Below are positions 1 through 9,493 of a stretch of DNA of 64,000 nucleotides, one piece after another; within the stretch, counting starts at the first letter, position 1, and each line of letters begins with the position of its first letter. Position numbers and translations under genes: made by a program. The DNA lies in assembly GCA_049976425.1 (NCBI GenBank), contig JBMFIG010000001.1, positions 32,001 through 96,000 of the forward strand, read 5' to 3'. Source of the DNA: Thermoproteus sp. (GTDB lineage Archaea > Thermoproteota > Thermoprotei > Thermoproteales > Thermoproteaceae). The notes under the pieces were generated by a model. That model did not search any database. It was not told where the DNA came from and worked only from the letters and a program-made list of their open reading frames with translations.

Positions 1-199
1 CCACGACGACGCCGCTGGTGGGCCTATCCAAGGACGATATTATGTTCAACAAGGTCGTCTTGCCGGAGCCTGAGGGGCCCATAAACGCCGTGATAGTGGC
101 GCTGGGTATCTTGAGCGTTACTCCCTTCAACGCGTGCACCTCGCCGGCGGCTGTCCTGTATATCTTGTGTACATTCTCCAGATATACCGCCTCGCTCAT
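1..199 (-). CDS. ABC transporter ATP-binding protein, LolD/MacB (SalX) type, truncated by window edge
   Basis: Manual translation from ATG at 199: MSEAVYLENVHKIYRTAAGEVHALKGVTLKIPSATITAFMGPSGSGKTTLLNIISSLDRPTSG, with Walker A GPSGSGKT. ATGA overlap with the stop of the upstream permease. Confidence 0.9.
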   Translation of the reverse strand, partial: MSEAVYLENVHKIYRTAAGEVHALKGVTLKIPSATITAFMGPSGSGKTTLLNIISSLDRPTSGVVV

Positions 200-1332
200 C
201 TCAAGATCTCCAGAGGTCTCAAGGTCACGGCCCTATATATCGGCAGGAGGGCGCCTGCCAGAGCTACTAGGAAGGACAAGGCGATGCCCAGCGCAAACAG
301 CGACGGTATGAACGGTATAGGGACGTCGAAGAAGTAGCCCAGCTTAATTAGTAGGTACTTGATCCCCAGAGCCCCGAAATAGCCAGCGATGCCGCCAGCC
401 GCGCCCCCCAGAAAGCCCACCGAGGCGATCTCGAGCACGAACGCCAGTGCTATATCCCTTCCCGAGATGCCGGTGGCCTTCAAGAGAGCTATCTCGCCCA
501 TACGTTCCCTCACTGTTATGGACATAACTGTGAAGGTGGTCAGAAGGCCTGCCAGAAACGCGATGATCTCTATCACAAGGAAGAATATGTTCAGCATGTT
601 GAATACTCTGTTTATGGTGGACAGAGCGCTCTGTTGTGTGTATACCTCGGCCTGCGGATACCTCTGCTTCAAAGCCTGGGCTAGGGGCTGTATCAACGAC
701 TTGTCCTTTAGGGTTATGAAGACCATGTTGTAGAAATCCCCTATACCCATCTGTTGTTGGAGCCAATCTAGAGGCACGACGACCAAGTTAAGGCTCATAG
801 GGCCTATGAATCCCTTCAACAAGTTGCTCATTATGCCGACCACGGTCGCTCTGAGCTTTACAGGAGGCGCCACGCTACTCTGGTATACGTATATCGTCAC
901 GTCTTGCCCCAACGAGACGCCTAGCGTGGACTCGACCACCGCCTCGCCTCCCGCATGCGGCAGTCTGCCGGCTTGCAACTCCACGTCGAAATAGCCTATA
1001 TCGCTCAGGGGCACTCCCAGAAGCGTCACCGTCTTGTTCCCCAGAGTGCCCGTCAGCATGACCACAGGCTCGGCGCTCTGGACGTAGGGGATAGATCTTA
1101 AAGAAGAGATGAAAGCGTATGGGATATTAATTGAGTTGGAATAAATAAGTATATCTGCTGGAAATATTTGATATAATTGATTCTTTACATATATTTTAGC
1201 CCCAACGCTTATAATGCTCAGAGCTACCATCAACGCCGCGCCTATGGCTATGACAATAACCAGCAACAGGTATCTAGCCTTTCTAGCCCTCATATCGCTG
1301 GTTGCCAGCATCGTGATGTGGCGATACGCCAT
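196..1332 (-). CDS. ABC transporter permease, FtsX/MacB/LolE family
   Basis: One N-terminal TM, large extracellular domain, three C-terminal TMs; motif VRERMGEIALLKATG; ends RPLEILR. Confidence 0.9.
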   Translation of the reverse strand: MAYRHITMLATSDMRARKARYLLLVIVIAIGAALMVALSIISVGAKIYVKNQLYQIFPADILIYSNSINIPYAFISSLRSIPYVQSAEPVVMLTGTLGNKTVTLLGVPLSDIGYFDVELQAGRLPHAGGEAVVESTLGVSLGQDVTIYVYQSSVAPPVKLRATVVGIMSNLLKGFIGPMSLNLVVVPLDWLQQQMGIGDFYNMVFITLKDKSLIQPLAQALKQRYPQAEVYTQQSALSTINRVFNMLNIFFLVIEIIAFLAGLLTTFTVMSITVRERMGEIALLKATGISGRDIALAFVLEIASVGFLGGAAGGIAGYFGALGIKYLLIKLGYFFDVPIPFIPSLFALGIALSFLVALAGALLPIYRAVTLRPLEILR

Positions 1333-1368
1333 CGCGGATATTTTTGAACTAAAAAATTATTTAGCGTT

Positions 1369-3957
1369 GTGAGAACGGCGTCGGCCTACGCCTTGCTCGC
1401 GCTGTGGGCCGCTGTGTATATCTATCTAGCGTTGCATGCGGCGAGGGTATTTGACGTGCTGGTGTACTCAGAATCCAAGCTAATGCCTAAAAATGTAGAA
1501 CCAAATATAGTAAATAATATAATAAATAATGGATCTAAATCTAATAGTTCTTCCAATTTTATATTTATAGTAGTATATGGACCTAATCTTTCGCATAAAC
1601 TTTCTCTAATCAACAAGACATTGGTTGAGGAGGGCTACAACGTGACGTCGCCGCTTACTATACAGTATACAGCCCAAAAAATATATTGGGCAAAAATAAA
1701 TACTATATTAAATAATTATACAAATAAATTCTTTAATTACTTAAATACTATATATAATTCTACAGAAGATAGCTGTATAAAGCTTAGAGAACTTAAGGAA
1801 GCATATGAGGCGGCCAAGAGAAACGCCACGGCGTTGTTGTACGCCACGTATGGCGCCGCCCTGCTGAACTACTCAACGCCTCAGACGGCGAAGTTCCTCC
1901 AGTACTACCGGAATCTGTCGAAAATTTACGGCGTGGATACGGCGGTGAGGCTCGCCGCCGACGAGGCCTACGGCAACGTGAGCTGGTTGCTCGAGGGCAT
2001 TACGTGGAGGGACTGGGCCGCCGAGAGCTCGATAGATCTAGTTGCCGAGAGGATCTTGTCGGCTAGATTGAACCAGTCGCTGATCCAGCTGGCTAGAAAC
2101 GTGACCGAGCTAGGGGTCGAGAAGTACCTGTACCTACAGCTGGCTTCCCGGTTGCCGCCTGCTCTGAGGCCCTATATACCGTATGTCCTCTGCGTTAATG
2201 AGACCGGAGCCGCTACCGACATTTTTAGGGAATCTCTACTTAGGAACTTGACCTCAGAATATCCGCCGCCTACGATGTACACCATACCGCAAGCCGAGCA
2301 GTTGCTTTACGGCGATCTGTACGCTCTGACGATAGTCGAGGGGACAGGCGTGCCTAGGCTTAACTACAGTTGGGCCGTCCCCGTATCTACCGACATCCTC
2401 ATGTCGCAGTTCACGGAGACCGTGACCTCCGAGGTGCCCGACATAGATAAGACAACGGCGATAGTCATGTTGGCGATTCTGCTCTTGGTGTTCGGCACGC
2501 TGATCGCGCCGCTGGTCGTGCTGGCCGAGGTGGGGCTGTCCTACCTCGCCCTCCTGGGGCTTATCTACTTGATCTCGCCCTATATGCCGCCCTACTACCT
2601 TTCGGTGTACATAGCAGCGCCCGTGGTCTTCGCGTTGGGGATAGACTACAACCTCTTGTTGCTCGGAAGATACGCAGAGGAGAGGAACAAGGGGGCCGAG
2701 CCCGTCGAGGCCGTTAGTGCGGCCGTCGGCTTCGGCAAACGCGCGGTTCTCACAAGCGCGGCGGTGGCCGGCCTGGCTCTCGGTAGCTTCGGCTTCTCTG
2801 TCTTGCCATTTATGCAGACCATAGGGCTGGCCTTGGCGCTTTCCGTCGTATTGGTGTTGGCCACCTCCTTCACGGCAACTCCCGCGTTGATGACCGTGAT
2901 GGGCGATAGGCTGTTCTGGCCGAGGAAGATAGAGGAGATAAGACTCCACGAAGGCCGCTCCAAGCTCCTGGGCAGATCTGTGGACTTTGCGCTTAAACAT
3001 TCGAAAATATTATTAATATTATTTGTTATAATTACTTTAACCTTAATTATATTCATAATAAATAATATAAGAATAACTACAAATCCTATATCGGCAATGC
3101 CGGAGACTAAGAGTAAGGAGGCGTTGCGTATAGCCCAGACGTATTTCAGAAACGTGACGGCGTTATCTACCACATATCTCGTATTTGCTAGGAGCCCGAA
3201 CGACTCTGTGCTTAGCTATATAACTGAAATTCCCTATTATACAAACTATACTATATTTACAAAGGGAAAATATTATATAATTTCATTAAAATTATCTCTA
3301 ACTAGTACATCGGATGAATTAATATATATTTATGATAATTTAACTAAACTTAGGAAACATGGTCTTCTATATATAGGCGGCGATGCTGGCTGGAAACACA
3401 TCTATTATACATATATATATTTATATTTTTGGCATTTTCAACTATATATAATTTTATTGAGCGTGATATTGGCTCTAATGGTGGCTCTTCGTAGCGTCAT
3501 GACTCCCTTAAGGCTTGTCGCCACCGTGCTTATGTCTATGGTGTGGGGCCTCGCCCTCAACATAGCCCTATTCCAGATGGTAGGCGGCCAGCTGACGTAT
3601 TGGCTACAGCCCGTCGTCCTTACAACTCTCCTGGTCGCCGTAGGGACAGACTACGACGTGTTCATAGTGTCGAGGATTAGGGAAGAGGTAGAGAGAGGTC
3701 TCGACGATAGGTCCGCGATAAGGACGGCTATAGTGACCACAGGCCCCATAGTCACGGGGGCCGCGTTAATCCTCGCCCTAGCCTTTCTCTCCATAGTCCA
3801 GTCGCAGTTGACGGTCCTACAGCAGATAGGGGCCACCGTGGCGTTTTCGGCTATTTTCGACGCCTATATAGTGAGGCCGTTGCTCGTCCCGGCGATAATG
3901 AACCTACTAGCTAAATACAACTGGTGGCCTTCTAAGTTGCATGAACGTCCGCGTTAG
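1369..3957 (+). CDS. MMPL/RND family transporter
   Basis: 862 aa with two TM repeats carrying ALGIDYNLLLLGRYAEE and AVGTDYDVFIVSRIREE; NWWP-type ending. Confidence 0.9.
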   Translation: MRTASAYALLALWAAVYIYLALHAARVFDVLVYSESKLMPKNVEPNIVNNIINNGSKSNSSSNFIFIVVYGPNLSHKLSLINKTLVEEGYNVTSPLTIQYTAQKIYWAKINTILNNYTNKFFNYLNTIYNSTEDSCIKLRELKEAYEAAKRNATALLYATYGAALLNYSTPQTAKFLQYYRNLSKIYGVDTAVRLAADEAYGNVSWLLEGITWRDWAAESSIDLVAERILSARLNQSLIQLARNVTELGVEKYLYLQLASRLPPALRPYIPYVLCVNETGAATDIFRESLLRNLTSEYPPPTMYTIPQAEQLLYGDLYALTIVEGTGVPRLNYSWAVPVSTDILMSQFTETVTSEVPDIDKTTAIVMLAILLLVFGTLIAPLVVLAEVGLSYLALLGLIYLISPYMPPYYLSVYIAAPVVFALGIDYNLLLLGRYAEERNKGAEPVEAVSAAVGFGKRAVLTSAAVAGLALGSFGFSVLPFMQTIGLALALSVVLVLATSFTATPALMTVMGDRLFWPRKIEEIRLHEGRSKLLGRSVDFALKHSKILLILFVIITLTLIIFIINNIRITTNPISAMPETKSKEALRIAQTYFRNVTALSTTYLVFARSPNDSVLSYITEIPYYTNYTIFTKGKYYIISLKLSLTSTSDELIYIYDNLTKLRKHGLLYIGGDAGWKHIYYTYIYLYFWHFQLYIILLSVILALMVALRSVMTPLRLVATVLMSMVWGLALNIALFQMVGGQLTYWLQPVVLTTLLVAVGTDYDVFIVSRIREEVERGLDDRSAIRTAIVTTGPIVTGAALILALAFLSIVQSQLTVLQQIGATVAFSAIFDAYIVRPLLVPAIMNLLAKYNWWPSKLHERPR

Positions 3958-4633
3958 GGCGCTCCTCCTCGACTTTTTCGGGACTCTGGCCAGGATCGAC
4001 GAAGAGGAGTCCTACCTACGCGACGTGGCCGCCGGGCTTTCGTCGGTCTTAGGCGTGAGCGATGAGAAGTCTCTGGAGTATTTCATGGAGGCTAGGAGGT
4101 TGGCCAACGCCGTGAGGGAGGCCTCTCTGGCTGAAATAACCGTTGACGGACAGGCGGCCTTAATATCGGCGCTGTCGGGAGGCGATTGGCGCGATATCCG
4201 CGCCGTCTTGGTCAACGCGATGCTGAACCACCTAGTGCCTGTGGACTATTCGCCGGAGTTTCTCAGATGGGCGAGTTCCCGGTACAAAACGGCAATAATA
4301 TCCAACATAACCTGCAAATGCTACATAGAGGAGTTCCTGAGACGGCTGGGCGTTTCCGTCGACGTTTTGGTGACGTCGGACGTGATCAGGTACCGGAAAC
4401 CGCATAGGGTCATGTTCAGGATAGCCCTCAGAAGGCTCGGCGTCAGGCCGGAGGAGGCCGTCATGGTGGGCGACGACGATGTGGATTTGGGCGCCAGGGC
4501 CTTGGGCATACTCACCGTGATAGTCGGGAGCAAGACGCGAGGCGATCTGAACTTCAGCAGTCTAGCGGAGCTTAGGCGCTGGCTGGAGGAGAATACATTT
4601 AATGCGTCGGAAACCCCTCGGCATGATCTGTAG
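3941..4633 (+). CDS. HAD-superfamily hydrolase
   Basis: Motifs LLDFFGTL, ISN, RKP and MVGDD. Confidence 0.85.
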   Translation: MNVRVRALLLDFFGTLARIDEEESYLRDVAAGLSSVLGVSDEKSLEYFMEARRLANAVREASLAEITVDGQAALISALSGGDWRDIRAVLVNAMLNHLVPVDYSPEFLRWASSRYKTAIISNITCKCYIEEFLRRLGVSVDVLVTSDVIRYRKPHRVMFRIALRRLGVRPEEAVMVGDDDVDLGARALGILTVIVGSKTRGDLNFSSLAELRRWLEENTFNASETPRHDL

Positions 4634-6044
4634 CTCGTGGATCTGCGGCGAGATAAAAAGGCCGAGCTCCTGCGTCGAGGAGGACTACGACGTGTTGGTT
4701 GTGGGCGCCGGCATAGGCGGATTGGCGGCCGCCCAAGAGCTGGGCAGATACGGGCTTAAGGTAGCCGTCTATAGCGAGGGGCCTAGAGGCGGCCACAACG
4801 CCCTAGACGGAGAGCCGACCATATCGGGCGTCTCGGCCCGCGAATATATAGATAAGTATACGGTGGAGGTCAATAGAGGGATTTTCGACGGCGAGGTCCT
4901 AATTTCCGGCGATCGGTGTATTAAGCCTAAGTTTAAGCATTTGGTTCTCAGCACGGGGGGCGTGGAGATGTACACGCCGATGCCCGGCTCTCCGCAAGTC
5001 CTATTGGCCTCGGAGGCGCTCGCCGCAGGGATAAACGGCAGGAGGCTACTGGTGTGGGGGACCACCGAGTGGGGGCTCCGGACGGCGATCGCCTTGGCTC
5101 GTAGAGGCAACAGGGTAGTGATCGCCGACAACTCGGCCTACCTACGCGACGTGAAGTACTTCCAGACGGTTAGAAGCACCTTGGAGAAGTTGGGGATAGA
5201 GGTGGTACACTCGGCTGTGATAAGGAGGTATAGAGACGGCGTGATCGAGCTGAAGGTGTACGTGGGGAAGAAGGGGACAGAGAATAGGAGGATAGAGGCA
5301 GACGCCGTTGTGTCGACGGTCAGAACAGCCAACATATACGTCCCGCTGAGGCTAGGCCTCAAGGTCTTCTACTCGTTCGAGCTCAACTCGTTGGTGCCCA
5401 GGCGCAACAGCTTCGGCGAGGTTTTGAGAATCGACGATAGGGGCAAGTCGGCCGGGGGCACTAACATATACGCCGTCGGCGAGCTGTACGGCGCCGTCTA
5501 CGCCCACCTCGAGGAGGCCCACGGCAGATTGCTCGCGTCGTATATAGCGTCCAAGGAGGGCCTGGAGGACGCCGACAAAGTCGCCAAGGCTCTGGAGGAG
5601 TTCAAGTCCAGGATAGCTCTGGAGGTCAACTGGCTCTACAACCTCGACTTGAGGCTCAGCAGAGGGACCGACTACAGCGACCTATACGTGGAGCCCAACG
5701 TGATAGATGCGCCCGGCTGGCCCTATTTTTGGCCAAACGATATCGACGAGATAGACGGCGACCAGGTAATATGTCCCTGCACGGGCCTAAAGCTCTCCGA
5801 CTTCATGAAGGCCGTCGACAGACTCAACAAGATGAAGATCGAGGTGAGGGTGACAAGCGACGAGGTGAACAAGCTCAGACACATCAAGCTACCCACAATA
5901 AGCCAGGTGGCCAAGGGCCCCAGCCCCTGTTTCGAGATATTCTGCATACCCAACATGGCCATAATAGCGGGGGCGATATACGCCCAGAAGCCCTCGTATC
6001 TACTATACGGACGGCCCAAGCAACTCTACGAGCCGGCGCCTTAG
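4602..6044 (+). CDS. FAD-dependent oxidoreductase resembling sarcosine oxidase/proline dehydrogenase alpha subunit (start may be ATG 4623)
   Basis: Rossmann motif DVLVVGAGIGG, LVLSTGG, IYAVGE, and C-terminal ICPC...PCFEIFC (BFD-like Fe-S). Confidence 0.7.
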   Translation: MRRKPLGMICSSWICGEIKRPSSCVEEDYDVLVVGAGIGGLAAAQELGRYGLKVAVYSEGPRGGHNALDGEPTISGVSAREYIDKYTVEVNRGIFDGEVLISGDRCIKPKFKHLVLSTGGVEMYTPMPGSPQVLLASEALAAGINGRRLLVWGTTEWGLRTAIALARRGNRVVIADNSAYLRDVKYFQTVRSTLEKLGIEVVHSAVIRRYRDGVIELKVYVGKKGTENRRIEADAVVSTVRTANIYVPLRLGLKVFYSFELNSLVPRRNSFGEVLRIDDRGKSAGGTNIYAVGELYGAVYAHLEEAHGRLLASYIASKEGLEDADKVAKALEEFKSRIALEVNWLYNLDLRLSRGTDYSDLYVEPNVIDAPGWPYFWPNDIDEIDGDQVICPCTGLKLSDFMKAVDRLNKMKIEVRVTSDEVNKLRHIKLPTISQVAKGPSPCFEIFCIPNMAIIAGAIYAQKPSYLLYGRPKQLYEPAP

Positions 6045-6098
6045 CCGCGCGGAGCCATAGCTCTACATATATTTTAAACAGCGTAGTGGCATCGTTCC

Positions 6099-6668
6099 GT
6101 GTGTCTGCGCAGGGCAGTTGAGGACGCCGTAGCGGGGGCGCCTCTGGACGACGAGGAGAAGCGGTGTTTAGAGGAGGCCGGGCTTTATAGGGACGGCCTT
6201 CTTGCGCCTAGGCCTTACCTGATATTTAGGGCTCTGCAGAGCGGGGCGAGGCTGGATCTGGCAAAGTTGTCGCGTCTGCTCAGCTGGCAGGATTTCGAGG
6301 AAGTGTTGATGTACATATTCGAGGGATGGGGCTATTCAGTCCAGAGAGGCGTCAGACTGGACTGCGGCGGCCGCAGAGTCGAGTTCGACGTGATTGCATG
6401 GTCTCGCGAACGGGTCTTAGTCGTAGAGGCTAAACATTGGAAGTACGGCGGAGGTAGGTGGGCAACCGTGGCCAGAAGCCATCTGGAGAAGGTCGCTGGA
6501 TGTCTCGATAAGCTGAAATCGCTAGCGCCTAGAGTACTTCCTGTGGTAATTACGCTTACTTTTATCAGTGATATTGTTGAGGGAGTGCCCGTGCTTTCCA
6601 TAGCTCTTCTTGCCGACTTCCTGAGAAACATCGATAACTTGGGCGATCAGATCCTTGTATTGACGTAG
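6099..6668 (+). CDS. PD-(D/E)XK restriction endonuclease-like (Mrr/NERD) protein
   Basis: WQDFEE...EFDVIA...VVEAKHW catalytic pattern. Confidence 0.8.
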   Translation: MCLRRAVEDAVAGAPLDDEEKRCLEEAGLYRDGLLAPRPYLIFRALQSGARLDLAKLSRLLSWQDFEEVLMYIFEGWGYSVQRGVRLDCGGRRVEFDVIAWSRERVLVVEAKHWKYGGGRWATVARSHLEKVAGCLDKLKSLAPRVLPVVITLTFISDIVEGVPVLSIALLADFLRNIDNLGDQILVLT

Positions 6669-6773
6669 GCAGTCCTCGCAGGCGTAGACGTATAGATCCA
6701 TGTGCAACTCTGCTTTCAACTTGACCACATAGAGCTTATCGAGATCTCTAAGGCAGAAGAAGCAACGGGTCAC
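6522..6773 (-). CDS. small Zn-finger protein
   Basis: CFFC...CEDC; GTG start overlaps the TGA of the upstream gene (GTGA coupling); tail overlaps the convergent nuclease gene. Confidence 0.55.
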   Translation of the reverse strand: MTRCFFCLRDLDKLYVVKLKAELHMDLYVYACEDCLRQYKDLIAQVIDVSQEVGKKSYGKHGHSLNNITDKSKRNYHRKYSRR

Positions 6774-7246
6774 ACCTTCTCCGTCTTCTCGACAGCGACT
6801 TCCGGCATAGCCAAAATCTTTGTACCTCGACGCGGCAACATGTAGTGCTCGGCGAGTTCTAGAGCAACGGCGACTAGGAATATAACAGGGCCGACCGAAG
6901 AGAAGGCGTTAGATACGGCGATGACCGTTAGGCCGTTCTGCTCGGAGAATATCAAAGGCAGTGGCGACGCGAAGACTATCGACAAGACGGCAACCGAAAT
7001 GGCGCTACCCCTCGGCCTAACGCCTTTCCTAACCTCGTAATAGCCCACGGCCGCGATTGCAACCGCCGATAAGATCCAGTTAACTAGATACGGGATCGAG
7101 AATAGATAGTACCTGCCATAGCCGACGGAAATATACGATCTGTCGACCTGAAAGCTCGGAGCAGGTCCAACGGCATATATGACTAACCCTATATGTGGTA
7201 TCGCCAGAAGGGCCAGCAACACTATGCCTATCCACAACAGCCTCAC
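6770..7246 (-). CDS. hypothetical membrane protein (about 4 TM)
   Basis: Hydrophobic segments; TTAAAAA about 27 nt upstream on the minus strand. Confidence 0.7.
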   Translation of the reverse strand: MRLLWIGIVLLALLAIPHIGLVIYAVGPAPSFQVDRSYISVGYGRYYLFSIPYLVNWILSAVAIAAVGYYEVRKGVRPRGSAISVAVLSIVFASPLPLIFSEQNGLTVIAVSNAFSSVGPVIFLVAVALELAEHYMLPRRGTKILAMPEVAVEKTEKV

Positions 7247-7277
7247 CGATATTTAGTATTGAGGGGTTTTTAAGCTA

Positions 7278-7292
7278 GAGAACGTCGTTCTC
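7278..7292. promoter_or_regulatory. palindromic operator candidate GAGAACG-T-CGTTCTC
   Basis: Perfect 7-1-7 inverted repeat next to the TATA box of the leftward gene in a divergent intergenic region. Confidence 0.4.
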
Positions 7293-7386
7293 GTGGAAAA
7301 CATCGCAATAGATTAGGAGATTTCGTCGCCCGTAACTCAGCACCTTCTTGACCGAATAGTTTAAATTATCCCCTGAGGCTCTTGAC

Positions 7387-7857
7387 GTGCTTTTACAAAT
7401 ATGGTTGCCGGCGGTTATAGCCGCCTTGATTGCGGCGCTCATAGCCATCATATTCATGCTTAATAGGAGATCGCCGCCGCAACAACAGCAACCTCTGAGG
7501 ACGTATACCCCTGGCGAACAGGAGATCTTGAACCAATTGGCCTACATCAGAGATAGGCTGGAGAAGTTTATCCCGCCCTATGGCCGAGTTGGCTACATAC
7601 CATCAAATGCGGCTGAGCTAGCGCAACTCCTAGGATTTCATTATGTCAAGATAGACCAAGAGGAATACGGAAACCTGCCTGAAATCGATAATATTAAACA
7701 ATACCTGGATCTAGATATAGATGAGGCGCAATTGAAAATAAAAGATAAGTATATTTATATAATAAAGAGGGACAATAAAAGACTAGTAGCGATAGGCGAT
7801 ACCTATCTGGACTATCTCACGATAAAGTTCCTGGAGGACTTTTTAAGCTACCTCTAG
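7387..7857 (+). CDS. hypothetical membrane-anchored protein
   Basis: N-terminal TM, short Q/P linker, soluble domain; TTTAAAT upstream. Confidence 0.7.
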   Translation: MLLQIWLPAVIAALIAALIAIIFMLNRRSPPQQQQPLRTYTPGEQEILNQLAYIRDRLEKFIPPYGRVGYIPSNAAELAQLLGFHYVKIDQEEYGNLPEIDNIKQYLDLDIDEAQLKIKDKYIYIIKRDNKRLVAIGDTYLDYLTIKFLEDFLSYL

Positions 7858-7868
7858 GATATGCGGAG

Positions 7869-7916
7869 GTGATGAGCTAAGGGTCTGGCGAGCGGTGAGG
7901 AGGCTCAAGCAACTGA
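7869..7916 (+). ncRNA. C/D box methylation guide sRNA
   Basis: C GTGATGA (7869), guide GCTAAGGGTCTG, D' GCGA, C' GTGAGGA, guide GGCTCAAGCAA, D CTGA (7913-7916); TTTTTAAG box at 7840. Confidence 0.8.
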
Positions 7917-8129
7917 TTTCAACTCCTCATCGATTCCGTGCTTCCTCCTTCTCCTTAGAAAAGAAGCAATAGTATGTAGGTTAGACAAAATGAGTAGGAC
8001 AAGGCCGAATAAGGCTAACGAATCCTCTCCGCTTATTAGACCTAGCACTATCAGGGCAGAGCCGTAGGCCATCATTATATAGACGAACACTTCAAGAAGA
8101 TTCGCCAAGCATATATCCGCTTCAGACAC
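7905..8129 (-). CDS. small membrane protein (2 TM)
   Basis: Two hydrophobic helices followed by a basic tail; downstream of nfeD. Confidence 0.6.
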   Translation of the reverse strand: MSEADICLANLLEVFVYIMMAYGSALIVLGLISGEDSLALFGLVLLILSNLHTIASFLRRRRKHGIDEELKSVA

Positions 8130-8170
8130 GATATCGGGAGAAACGAGGATGGGTATTCAAAAATAGGTTA

Positions 8171-9493
8171 TTAACTGCCGCAGTTCCCCACGGGCTCCAC
8201 TACCAAGGGCGCTTCGGCCTCGACGACTCTTACCCTACATCCCTTTCTGATGTTAACTCTGGAGATCGCCTTCCAGTACTCGCCCAGCACCAGTACGTAA
8301 CCCGGCCTATCCGGGCCTATATCGTCTACGGCGATGCCCTCGAGCCCTCTCAGCGTGAGGAGTTGCTCCGATACCGGCCGCCGTAAGTGTACGGCCACAG
8401 CCTTCCACGCTATGAAGGCCACCACGCCAGCTAGGATTGCCGACAGCGCCATTGCGGAGCCCACGAGAGGCCAATAATCGGCTACCACCACGGGCTGTCT
8501 CTGTAGCTGGAAGGGCGGGAAGAGGCTCAGGAAGCTCAATATGACCAAGACAGCGCCTGTCCCCTCGAGAATTCCGTGGGTGTAGCCTCCTGAGAACATG
8601 CCGGCGAATAGCAGAGCGACCCCCATCGCGAACAGGATTGCCCAGATCCAGCCGGTGGACACGTAGGGTATTACAGATAGCAGGAACAACACTACGCCAA
8701 GTCCGGCGACTAGGGGATGGCCCGACGCGATCGCCGCGATGACTATGAGTAGCGCCAGTAGAGACAGGATACTCTCCACGAGGGGATCCATCAACCACGC
8801 CTGGAGCATCTCGCCGAAGGTGGGCTCTATCCTTATCAACGCCGGGCTCTGCACCATTACAACGACTTTACGTCCGTTGAGGAGTATAGACGTCCCGTTT
8901 ATCTCGTCTAGAAGTTGCCCTATGTTGTTAGCCACGAAGTTTATGACGTGATAGCGTAGTGCCTCCTCCGCGTTCAGGTTGAGGTTGCGCTCGACGCAGA
9001 GATAGGCGTAGGTGGAATTTCTGCCGTACGACTCCATGATGGTCGCCAAGTAGCTGGCCAACGCGTTGAGTATCTTGGATTCGTTTATGGGCGTCGTGCC
9101 CTGTATAGGCTGGCAAGATCCTATAACCGTATGCGGGGCCATGGTAGCTATATGCGTGGACAAGAGCAGATAGGTTCCTCCAGACCAAGCATAGCCGTAG
9201 TCGGGATAGACGAAGCCTATGACCGGCGCCGACGAGGAGCCTATCATTTGCATGGCTTGGAGCGTAGAGTCCGCCAGCCCGCCCGGCGTGTTCAGCAACA
9301 CCAACACGGCGCCGGAGCTCTGCTCGGCAGCGTTTATGGCCCTCGACAGTTGCGACACAGTATAGGGCCCTATCGTGTTGTCCACAGAAACCACGTACAC
9401 TGCTCTGACGTAGTATACCTGTTGCGCCCAGACTAGCTGGGACGCCAGAAAAATGAGAATTAGCGTCAGCGGTACAACCCCCCTCCCCATCAA
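8171..9493 (-). CDS. nfeD: NfeD family membrane-bound ClpP-class serine protease
   Basis: LNTPGG, AWSGG and MAPHTVIGS motifs, TM bundle, C-terminal OB fold (GYVLVLGEYWKA); adjacent to stomatin. Confidence 0.9.
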   Translation of the reverse strand: MMGRGVVPLTLILIFLASQLVWAQQVYYVRAVYVVSVDNTIGPYTVSQLSRAINAAEQSSGAVLVLLNTPGGLADSTLQAMQMIGSSSAPVIGFVYPDYGYAWSGGTYLLLSTHIATMAPHTVIGSCQPIQGTTPINESKILNALASYLATIMESYGRNSTYAYLCVERNLNLNAEEALRYHVINFVANNIGQLLDEINGTSILLNGRKVVVMVQSPALIRIEPTFGEMLQAWLMDPLVESILSLLALLIVIAAIASGHPLVAGLGVVLFLLSVIPYVSTGWIWAILFAMGVALLFAGMFSGGYTHGILEGTGAVLVILSFLSLFPPFQLQRQPVVVADYWPLVGSAMALSAILAGVVAFIAWKAVAVHLRRPVSEQLLTLRGLEGIAVDDIGPDRPGYVLVLGEYWKAISRVNIRKGCRVRVVEAEAPLVVEPVGNCGS

